DNA of 14,685 nucleotides. Source: Crocosphaera subtropica ATCC 51142. GTDB lineage: Bacteria > Cyanobacteriota > Cyanobacteriia > Cyanobacteriales > Microcystaceae. Numbering within the stretch: the stretch's first letter is position 1; every line of letters starts with the position of its first letter. The position numbers and the translations under genes are program-made. The notes below the pieces were generated by a model. It was not told the origin of the DNA. It worked only from the letters and a program-made list of their open reading frames with translations, and ran no database searches. Of this stretch, positions 1 through 6,883 are shown piece after piece. The stretch is taken from NCBI RefSeq assembly GCF_000017845.1, contig NC_010542.1, forward strand, positions 1-14,685, read 5' to 3'.

Positions 1-37
1 TTTTTTGATCAGCACAATTAATTCTATTAGGAATATT

Positions 38-700
38 ATGAATAGAAGCACTGGACAGATTTCAAGACTTGAATTTCAAATAACATTAACAATTGGTTTA
101 ATAGTCTCACTGGGAATATCTATTATTATAGGAGCCTACTTTTCAGTCACTCAAAATAAAACATTAGAAGAAAAAAAAGAAGCAAGAGAAACAATATCTT
201 TTATCGCAGGTATTCTAGGTGCTGGACTGGGAATTGTAAGTGCTTTTTATGCTGTTGATTCTATATCAAGAAATAGTCAAACCAGTAAGATTAATCGAGC
301 TATTAATATTATCTCAGAGTGGAATAATATTGATTTTCAAGATTATAAAGACGTATTAGGAGAATTAAGAAGTAAAACTCAACAACTCAAAAAAAATAAT
401 GGAGAAAATGCAAGTGAAGCAGAAAAAGGATATATAATAAATGAAATTATAGAAAGTGATTTTGGATATGTAGGAAAAATACTTGGATACCTTAATTTTC
501 TAGAATATGTTTCATTATTGGTAGAGACAAATTGTGTAGATGAAGACATGATATATGAATATTTTGTTGTTATTTTTATCAAGGCAGATGATTTATTAGG
601 ATTATGGATAAAACAAAGACAAAAAGATTCAAACAATTACAAAATATATGATCAATTTATTAAAGTTACTAATAAATGGAGATTAAGATATGAGAAATAA
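38..700 (+). CDS. hypothetical membrane protein with two N-terminal TM helices and a ~140-aa soluble C-terminal domain
   Basis: The track ORF is 5..700 (TTG at 5), and the frame stays open to the window edge. I prefer the ATG at 38 because AGGA at 29-32 precedes it by 5 nt. Hydrophobic segments are ITLTIGLIVSLGISIIIGAYFSV and ISFIAGILGAGLGIVSAFYAV. The gene is much more AT-rich than the backbone genes. I recognise no family with confidence. Confidence 0.6.
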   Translation: MNRSTGQISRLEFQITLTIGLIVSLGISIIIGAYFSVTQNKTLEEKKEARETISFIAGILGAGLGIVSAFYAVDSISRNSQTSKINRAINIISEWNNIDFQDYKDVLGELRSKTQQLKKNNGENASEAEKGYIINEIIESDFGYVGKILGYLNFLEYVSLLVETNCVDEDMIYEYFVVIFIKADDLLGLWIKQRQKDSNNYKIYDQFIKVTNKWRLRYEK

Positions 701-711
701 TAAAATTATAA

Positions 712-747
712 TAGGTTGAGTATAAGCTATAATTTATACTCAACCTA
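712..747 (+). terminator. 14-bp stem hairpin just downstream of the 38..700 CDS, a possible intrinsic terminator
   Basis: taggttgagtataa (712-725) pairs perfectly with ttatactcaaccta (734-747) around an 8-nt loop. The 3' flank (ttaccaaaatattt) is only weakly T-rich. A second 11-bp hairpin, aatttagagaa / ttctctaaatt, lies at 802-829. Confidence 0.35.
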
Positions 748-1079
748 TTACCAAAATATTTCAAGTTAGATTTGTTAGCTATTGTTAGCTAATCAAAGAA
801 TAATTTAGAGAAAAGAAATTCTCTAAATTCACTAAAATGAATCACCACTAAGTAAAAACATTAAATTTAACCTCATTTTGCACACAATTCTATAGTATAG
901 TTTTAAAAAGCTATAGTAATCTATATCATTTATAACAAATTTTTAGGTTACTTACTATATTACAAAAATGTTACATATTGACAACTTAGATTGCCCCGTA
1001 TGACAGCCTCGCTAGTTTTTCCCCTATTAGTAAGAATTGTTCAGTTAAAAGTTAGCCTTAATTATTAAGGGGATTATGG

Positions 1080-3563
1080 CTAAAAAATATCCCTGGCCCG
1101 AGTCCAACGCATAAGATCAAAAGGAAATTTACCGTCAGGGGTCAATACTTTCACCATTGGTTCTCGATGTTGGTACAGTGGCAAGTGGTGAACCGGTACA
1201 TTCTCCACTAACCCACGGGCGATCTGCTTCTCATACCATTGGAGAAATTCGTCGGTTATTCCTGCCGTCGGGTTAGATAGGTATGGGGATGAGGATGGCT
1301 TAGAGGATGTCTGTGGGGTATTGGTGGCGGTGGTGGGCTTCCATTTCTGCTTGATGGCTTTGACTAGGAAGCCAGCAGGGTTTTTAACTTGTCCCTGGCG
1401 TTTATGCTCTCGTAAGGCTTCTAGGGCGTTTAAGACCACTTCGGAGGTGTTAGATTTAATTAATCGCTCAATGGTGCGGTTAACTTCGATGCCATAATCG
1501 TCACACTTCTCAAGCAGCTTCTTCTTACTCAGTTTTCTGGGTTGGCCATTAGTCGATGATAAAAATTGATTATTATCATGGGATTGGAGATTGCAGATTG
1601 GAGATTTTAGATTGACTCCTGGTTGTTTGACAGAGGTTGGAGATTCATGATTATTGATTTTCCGTTGGTTAGTAGATAATGGTTGATTGTTTTGATCAAT
1701 CTGCAATCTGCCCTCTTCAATCTCCAATGTTTGCTCAATGGTTGGTGATTGATTGGTGGTGTCGTCAACCTGGGGAGCTTCAGGGGTTGATGGAGTCGGT
1801 TCTGTTGTGTCTTCTACTGCGTCAATTTTGCCATTTGACGGGGGTTGATTGGGTTTGGTAATGGATTCATCATTCGATGGGGTTAACTGGGCTATTTCTG
1901 CCATTAACTCGGCTTCTAGGCGTTTGAGGCCATAGGGAATGAATAAGCCAAGATTGAGAAAGGCTTGCTTAGCAGAATGAACCGAAGCGAGACGGTTGGC
2001 TAGGTGATCTGGGAGATCATCGGGTAATTCGGAAAGTTGAACCGGTGCGTCGGAGAGAGGGGGGTCAGTAGGTGGCTTAGATTTTTGGAAAGTTGTGGGA
2101 TTATTTTTTGATTTTTTTTGTGGGTCAAATTCAAGCCCTTCAAAAACTTCATATATAGGGGTATATGATGCACTTTCGCTCTGGCTATGGGTTTCAGCTT
2201 GTTTGGTTGGGGGGGCAGTTTGGTCAGTTTCGGGGCTTTTTTGGGGTTCGGTAATAGATGCTGTTTCCCTCTGGGAATGGGATTGCATCTTTTCTTGATT
2301 GCTTCTGTATTTGGGATGCCACAGTGCTAGATACTTTTTCTGGGATAAGGTTCTGTTTGAAAACCCTGTGCCATATTTTTCTTTGGCTATTTTTATGATG
2401 GCTTGTCTTCTTTCTACTACTTTTTGGGGTAGCTCTCCATTGGCTTCTAGGTGGGCTACTGTTTCAGTAATTCTCTTTTCTATGTCGAGGGTTCTAGGAG
2501 TTTTGTCCATCGACTTATTGTAGGTTTGGTTATAGTTACTGCTTCGGTTGGGATAGTTACAGTAGGGTAGATAATATTCGTTTCTTTCTGTGTAATAACA
2601 GATTTCTTCGATTCGTTGCTCTATTTCGTGTTGGTGGCGACACCATTGATTATATCCTGGGGCGTTGATTACTTCTTCGATGACTGCGGCCCTTAGTTTG
2701 GCTCCTGTTAGTTCTTTGAAGACGATATGATAGGCGACGAATTTTGTTAGTAGGTAGTTGGTTTGGTGGTGTCCTGTCCATCCTAGTTCTAGTAGTTTTT
2801 CTAGGGCTTGTTTCCAGGCGATCGCTGTTGGACTATAGTAAGCTTTTTGCCAGCTTCTTTGGGCTTTGAATTCTTGGTAGGCTACGTCTAAGCGGCTACT
2901 AAAGGTTTCTATGTCTTGTCCTTCGGCGGCCCAGTCCATTTGGTCTAGGAAGTCTTCTACTGAGTCGCTGATGATGTTTAGGTCTTGGTCTAGGAGGTAT
3001 GACCCGCTATTGGGTTGTAATGGGAGGCGTACTCCATTATAACAGCTTTTTTTTCCGTTTTTGGCGTATCTCTTGGGGTTGGGAAAGATTTCTAGTTGCC
3101 CTGTTTTTATTTCTAGTTGGGCTGCTTCTAGGGTGGCTTTGACTAAACAGGCTGTTTTGAAGGTGTGTAGGGGTTCGGGTAGGGCAAATATTAGGTGTAT
3201 GCCTTGACTATCACTTGATTGAATGAGAACGTGACGGCATAGCCCGATGCTTTCTAGGGCTTCTGTTATGGTTTTTATGGCATCAGGGTCGTTGAAAGGG
3301 TGATAGGGGCTGTTTCTATCGATGTCGATGGTTATGTGTCGGGTGGTTGACCCGAACCGTAATCCGATGGTTATCTGAGGATCTTGGTGTTTATCCCAGA
3401 TTTCTCTCGGACTTAGGGGATAAATGTTGATTGTTGTCCATTTATCGTCGATTTCTAAGATAAAGTCCCATCCGTGATGGTAATATTGGGTGAGTCGCTG
3501 TCCGGTGACAGTGCTAGGGGTTAAGTGTTGGTAGTTTTGTTGTTTCCCTGTTTTTTTCTTCAT
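1080..3563 (-). CDS. putative plasmid replication initiator: primase-polymerase (AEP)-like N-terminal domain, long low-complexity linker, conserved C-terminal domain
   Basis: An 827-aa uninterrupted ORF. The N-terminus has an acidic HITIDIDR motif (DxD type) followed by SSDSQGIHLIFAL (sGxH type), the pattern of archaeo-eukaryotic primase / prim-pol-like plasmid Rep proteins. Residues ~430-700 are P/S/T/Q-rich low complexity. The C-terminal block reads VLNALEALREHKRQGQVKNPAGFLVKAIKQKWKP. A HIP1 octamer lies at 2818-2825. The CDS call is strong; the functional call rests on motifs only. Confidence 0.7.
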   Translation of the reverse strand: MKKKTGKQQNYQHLTPSTVTGQRLTQYYHHGWDFILEIDDKWTTINIYPLSPREIWDKHQDPQITIGLRFGSTTRHITIDIDRNSPYHPFNDPDAIKTITEALESIGLCRHVLIQSSDSQGIHLIFALPEPLHTFKTACLVKATLEAAQLEIKTGQLEIFPNPKRYAKNGKKSCYNGVRLPLQPNSGSYLLDQDLNIISDSVEDFLDQMDWAAEGQDIETFSSRLDVAYQEFKAQRSWQKAYYSPTAIAWKQALEKLLELGWTGHHQTNYLLTKFVAYHIVFKELTGAKLRAAVIEEVINAPGYNQWCRHQHEIEQRIEEICYYTERNEYYLPYCNYPNRSSNYNQTYNKSMDKTPRTLDIEKRITETVAHLEANGELPQKVVERRQAIIKIAKEKYGTGFSNRTLSQKKYLALWHPKYRSNQEKMQSHSQRETASITEPQKSPETDQTAPPTKQAETHSQSESASYTPIYEVFEGLEFDPQKKSKNNPTTFQKSKPPTDPPLSDAPVQLSELPDDLPDHLANRLASVHSAKQAFLNLGLFIPYGLKRLEAELMAEIAQLTPSNDESITKPNQPPSNGKIDAVEDTTEPTPSTPEAPQVDDTTNQSPTIEQTLEIEEGRLQIDQNNQPLSTNQRKINNHESPTSVKQPGVNLKSPICNLQSHDNNQFLSSTNGQPRKLSKKKLLEKCDDYGIEVNRTIERLIKSNTSEVVLNALEALREHKRQGQVKNPAGFLVKAIKQKWKPTTATNTPQTSSKPSSSPYLSNPTAGITDEFLQWYEKQIARGLVENVPVHHLPLYQHREPMVKVLTPDGKFPFDLMRWTRARDIF

Positions 3564-4239
3564 TGAAGGGTTCGCTTTGGTGATGTTAGCGAGCTACCCA
3601 TACAGGGAGGATGCTGTCTTATTTAAGTTTTATGGTAGAAGGAAGGAAGATGACGACGGGGTAAGAAAAAAGATCCTTGTCTCAAAAGAAGTTATCCAAG
3701 GATTTGCGATGGTAAACTAAAATGCCCAAACGTCCTATTAGAGAAGGTTCCATCTACAATCCACAATTGCCAATCAGCAAAAAAGTGACTCACTACCTGT
3801 ACGGACAAAACAAAATTAGGTAGTATAAAGACAGCAACCCCCCTCAACCACGCCTACAGTTTTTTTCATGTCGCCAAACAAGAGTTGAGACTGTTAGGTG
3901 ATTTGGGTTGCACCCAAGCTTTCAAAACTTATTCAAACTATTTAAGGCTTTTAGACCGTTTCAAGTTTGTCAAAGCTAAAAAGCTTTAGTTGCGGTTGCT
4001 TTGTCTGTGAGATGTCTATGCAAAGATACACAGATATTCTCTAACCTTAAGCATACTGAAAGATGGGGTAAAAAGCCAGCAAGAATAACCGATGGTTGCA
4101 TTGTCGGGGAGTCTAGGGAGCCTAAAAGCCTTGTGTGATGAAGACTGCGCTGGCTTCAGACTAGAAGGTATGGACTAAGTACATTATCAGAACTAAAGAA
4201 TAGTGAACTAGCCCAACTTGCTATCGCTTAACTCTTATT

Positions 4240-4275
4240 AAAAAAGTCCTCCTGATATCTAAGGAGGACTTTTTA
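4240..4275. terminator. strong bidirectional intrinsic-terminator-like hairpin
   Basis: agtcctcc (4245-4252) pairs with ggaggact (4263-4270) around a 10-nt loop. An A-run flanks it 5' (4240-4245) and TTTT flanks it 3' (4271-4274). It sits at the end of a 738-bp ORF-free region and 27 nt before the PEP-CTERM ORF start. Confidence 0.6.
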
Positions 4276-4301
4276 AACGGCACAAAATGGAGTGAAAGAA
4301 T

Positions 4302-4625
4302 ATGTTTCCAAAAACAGGTGAATTAGTAGAACAACTAAAATTTGTTATTCCAGTAGGAACTCAGTTTCTTGTTAACGATTTAACTGCTAATAATGTTGAT
4401 ATATCTTTGTGTACATCAACTTGTGAGGAAGTTCCTTTCTGGATGACAAACGACGGCAAAATAGATCCTGCTATTAGTGGTTTTGGATTTAAAGATGATC
4501 CAGCAGGTGGAACTTATGATGCGTCATCAATTACTACGCAAAAAGCCCCTGAACCTGGTACTATTCTCGGACTTCTTGCTATCAGTGGTTTAGGTTTAGG
4601 ATTAAAACGCAAAAAGCAATCATAA
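4302..4625 (+). CDS. PEP-CTERM domain protein with no recognisable N-terminal signal peptide
   Basis: The C-terminus KAPEPGTILGLLAISGLGLGLKRKKQS has PEP, a hydrophobic span and a basic cluster, which is the PEP-CTERM/exosortase sorting signal. GGAG at 4289-4292 lies upstream of the ATG. An in-frame TGA at 4293-4295 prevents any N-terminal extension. Confidence 0.7.
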   Translation: MFPKTGELVEQLKFVIPVGTQFLVNDLTANNVDISLCTSTCEEVPFWMTNDGKIDPAISGFGFKDDPAGGTYDASSITTQKAPEPGTILGLLAISGLGLGLKRKKQS

Positions 4626-4654
4626 TTAATATTTAGCTAGAAAATTGCAGTATG

Positions 4655-4697
4655 ACCGCCTAGAATCCTTGTTCTAAACTAGGCGGTTTCGTTTTTT
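4655..4697 (+). terminator. intrinsic terminator after the PEP-CTERM gene
   Basis: accgcctag (4655-4663) pairs with ctaggcggt (4679-4687). The stem is followed by tttcgtttttt. Confidence 0.6.
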
Positions 4698-4743
4698 GTT
4701 AATAACGTAAAACTAATTTTTTTTTTTGGAGTTAACTTTTAAA

Positions 4744-4772
4744 GAAAAAAATATCCTTAGAAGGATATTTTT
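4744..4772. terminator. A-run / hairpin / T-run, a bidirectional terminator candidate downstream of the relaxase gene
   Basis: aaaaaaa atatcctt ag aaggatat tttt. The stem is 4751-4758 / 4761-4768. It lies ~135 nt beyond the relaxase stop on the minus strand. Confidence 0.45.
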
Positions 4773-4907
4773 AAAAAATATATTTTTTTGAGGAGTTTTT
4801 CAATCAAAGTTAAATGATTGATTAACCCTTAAATCAATTTTATCAAGAATAACGGAAGCTAACTGCCCAATAGGAGGGAATTTTTGCCAGCTAGTACATC
4901 TGTTGAT

Positions 4908-6644
4908 TCAACGAGAAAAACCCCGACCCCGACAACGTTGCTTTTCTCGTTGTTCAAAATCGCGTTGTAATTGAGCGATGCGCTGGCTAATTTGTGAGTC
5001 AACATCGTGAATCATTTTTCTATCCTCATCGGTTAAATTAGCTGTTACTTTGCCGTCTTTCCGTTCAAAGATTAAGCCCCGTCCATCTTTGGCGTGTAAC
5101 TCCATAGTTTGTTTATCAGTTGAAAGCTTGAAAATGTAGCGTTTCCCTTCATAAGTGCTAAAACCGTTTTTAGGTTTGGCTTTGACATAACGCATTAAGC
5201 GAATAGCAGTCGAAACAACTATCACGTTATTGAAGTCCTGTTGACGTTGTTCAGGGGTTAAGGACTGTTTTTCTCCATTCGATTGAGCTTGATTTCGATG
5301 TTGTTGACTCGTCCGTTGATTTTCTCCAGTTGGTGACTGTTGGGGGGAAGGAGTTTGATTAACATCCAAGTTCCGAGACTGGAGGTTATCAGAATCAGTC
5401 CTATCAATTTTAGGAGAGTTAGGGGACGGAACATTATCACGTTGTCGAGGTGTTTTTTGGTTTCCTGTTTCTCGTACTGTGCTGCCTTCCAAATGAGACG
5501 ATAATTTTCGTTCAGTTCGTTTATCAGGTAGGTTAAATTGCTCTGAACTTGTTTGAGATTTTGATGATGAAGTTGGTCGTTTTTGTTGAGTTGATTTTCT
5601 AGATTTTCGAGTTTTTCTGCCATCGTTTCCAAGACGGTTACTAAGGTCTTGTAATCGCTGTCGGTTTTCATCTGCTTGTCGATTAGACTCGATAACAGCT
5701 TCGTTAATTCTTCGTAGCTCTGCTGTGAGATCGGCTTCTGAATCTTCTGACCGTTCCCGTTCATCTCCATCATTATTTATCCTGTGAGTCGTCAAGTTTT
5801 GAGATAATTCTAACGTTGTTTTATCGATGTCTGCATCAGCATCAACTGTTAGCAGAGATGAGTTTTTTGCTGAGGAGTTTTGAATGAGAAGCGTTTCAGA
5901 TTTGATACTATTTTCTACGGTAACTAATTGTTTTTCGAGGGCTTCGATTTGCTCGTTTGTGGTTTTAATTTCTAAATATTCGTCACCTCGTTCTGTAGCG
6001 ATGCCTCGTTTCATCATAGCTGCTACATTTGCCCCTAAATGAATCTGAGGTATGCGAGAAATGTTTTGTTCTTTTAAGCTTCGATGATCTATTTTTTCAG
6101 AACTACCGATACTTTCTAAAGCATCGTTTGTATAGGTTGCCCAACTTTCTCTAAGCTTCAATAAAAAGTCTTTTTTATCTAAGGATCTATCTTTAGCTCC
6201 TAGTCCATTTTCATCGACAATTCTGGTGGTAATCATGATGTGGACGTGAGGATTATGGGTATTTATTTCATGAAAAGCGAGATCCGCAACTAGCCCCTTA
6301 TCGACAAAGTTATCTTGAGCAAAGTTTCTGACTAATTCTTGCTTTTGGGGGTGGGTAAGTTCAGTGGGGAGAGCGATGTCAAATTCTCTAGCGGTACGAG
6401 AGTTAGAACGTTTTTCAAAGAGTTCGGCTGCGTTCCAAAGTTGAGAACGATCTGCCATCCAATTAGGGGCATTATGTGGGGTTAAGATTTCGGTAGCATA
6501 CACACCTTTTTTACGGGTGTAATTGAAGGTTTCGCCGATGCGTAGATCATGTATTTTTTCAGCAGCACGATAGGCAGCCGCTTCGGTAGCTGACTGTCCA
6601 TTACTACGGGATATTATTTTGGCATTGAGATGGTAGATAGCCAT
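4908..6644 (-). CDS. mobA: MOBQ-family relaxase (MobA/MobL)
   Basis: The N-terminus MAIYHLNAKIISRSNGQSATEAAAYRAAEKI is the MobA/MobL motif I with the catalytic Tyr. HEINTHNPHVHIMITTR is the histidine-triad motif (H..NPHxH). The middle third is S/T/Q/R/N/P-rich low complexity. The last ~110 aa form an unassigned structured domain. Divergent oriT and mobC lie upstream, as in RSF1010. Confidence 0.95.
   Translation of the reverse strand: MAIYHLNAKIISRSNGQSATEAAAYRAAEKIHDLRIGETFNYTRKKGVYATEILTPHNAPNWMADRSQLWNAAELFEKRSNSRTAREFDIALPTELTHPQKQELVRNFAQDNFVDKGLVADLAFHEINTHNPHVHIMITTRIVDENGLGAKDRSLDKKDFLLKLRESWATYTNDALESIGSSEKIDHRSLKEQNISRIPQIHLGANVAAMMKRGIATERGDEYLEIKTTNEQIEALEKQLVTVENSIKSETLLIQNSSAKNSSLLTVDADADIDKTTLELSQNLTTHRINNDGDERERSEDSEADLTAELRRINEAVIESNRQADENRQRLQDLSNRLGNDGRKTRKSRKSTQQKRPTSSSKSQTSSEQFNLPDKRTERKLSSHLEGSTVRETGNQKTPRQRDNVPSPNSPKIDRTDSDNLQSRNLDVNQTPSPQQSPTGENQRTSQQHRNQAQSNGEKQSLTPEQRQQDFNNVIVVSTAIRLMRYVKAKPKNGFSTYEGKRYIFKLSTDKQTMELHAKDGRGLIFERKDGKVTANLTDEDRKMIHDVDSQISQRIAQLQRDFEQREKQRCRGRGFSR
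5258..5773 (-). CDS. alternate-frame ORF nested inside the relaxase gene; candidate mobB-like overlapping gene (coiled coil plus C-terminal TM helix)
   Basis: A 171-aa ORF on the same strand as mobA, offset by one frame (6644-5773 = 871 nt). It lies exactly over the low-complexity part of the relaxase. Its own sequence is not low complexity: it has heptad-like LENLENQLNKNDQLHHQNLKQVQSNLTYLINELNENY and a hydrophobic LTLLKLIGLILITSSLGTWMLIKLL. AGGA lies 6 nt upstream of the first ATG (minus-strand ACAGGATAAATAATG). In RSF1010/R1162, mobB is nested in mobA in another frame. Confidence 0.45.
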   Translation of the reverse strand: MMEMNGNGQKIQKPISQQSYEELTKLLSSLIDKQMKTDSDYKTLVTVLETMAEKLENLENQLNKNDQLHHQNLKQVQSNLTYLINELNENYRLIWKAAQYEKQETKKHLDNVIMFRPLTLLKLIGLILITSSLGTWMLIKLLPPNSHQLEKINGRVNNIEIKLNRMEKNSP

Positions 6645-6734
6645 CTTTTTATTGAGTGTGTGCTGTGTTTAAGAGTAGAACAATTCCTTTCCCATCCGCC
6701 CAGAGTAGGGGGTTCAGGGGGTGGAACCCCTTGA

Positions 6735-6770
6735 CGCACTGCAAACGATAGTTTGCGTAAGTGCGCTTTC
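6735..6770 (+). other. oriT: oriT: inverted repeat followed by a MOBQ nic core GTAAGTGCGC
   Basis: cgcact gcaaac gata gtttgc GTAAGTGCGC tttc. The arms gcaaac (6741-6746) and gtttgc (6751-6756) are followed directly by gtaagtgcgc (6757-6766). This matches the RSF1010 oriT core GGTAAGTGCGCCCT, which also follows a hairpin (recalled from memory). Extra inverted repeats lie at 6709-6715/6724-6730 and cctttc g gaaagg at 6770-6782. The site sits between divergent mobA and mobC. Confidence 0.75.
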
Positions 6771-6840
6771 CTTTCGGAAAGGGGATCTAGCTACTTGATT
6801 ATAGTATAGAATATGGGTGTGAAAGCTGGTGTCTGATGAG

Positions 6841-6869
6841 TTACCATAATGGTCTAAGTTTACCATAAT
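6841..6869 (+). promoter_or_regulatory. two direct TTACCATAAT repeats upstream of mobC, a promoter/operator candidate
   Basis: ttaccataat occurs at 6841-6850 and 6860-6869, and each copy contains a CATAAT -10-like hexamer. GAGGGG at 6872-6877 is the likely SD for the ATG at 6884. On the minus strand a TATAAT (plus-strand 6798-6803) could serve mobA. Confidence 0.3.
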
Positions 6870-6883
6870 ATGAGGGGTATATA

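Noticed and set aside
379-636. 85-aa minus-strand ORF inside the two-TM protein gene
   Set aside because: It is antisense to a better ORF in very AT-rich DNA. The peptide is low complexity (S/F/I/K-rich), and it has no RBS and no start context.
1679-2523. Three + strand track ORFs (1679..1861, 2095..2298, 2299..2523) antisense to the rep gene
   Set aside because: They lie opposite the low-complexity linker of an 827-aa ORF and encode Cys/Trp/Phe-rich junk-like peptides with no RBS. Antisense frames of P/S/T/Q-rich coding DNA commonly stay open by chance.
3675-3687. 13-nt exact match ccttgtctcaaaa at 3675-3687 and 11581-11593
   Set aside because: My rough estimate is that a few 13-mer coincidences are expected by chance in a window of this size when both strands are counted. 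The flanks do not extend the match.
3692-3766. DnaA-box-like words TTATCCAAG (3692-3700) and AATCCACAA (3758-3766)
   Set aside because: Each deviates from TTATCCACA at two positions, and there are only two of them with no clustering. This is insufficient to call a DnaA-dependent origin, so I mention it only as a weak pointer in the ncRNA/oriV finding.
3722-3823. 33-aa ORF MPKRPIREGSIYNPQLPISKKVTHYLYGQNKIR in the rep-upstream region
   Set aside because: It has no SD or promoter context and is too short to evaluate. The region is better treated as non-coding until expression data exist.
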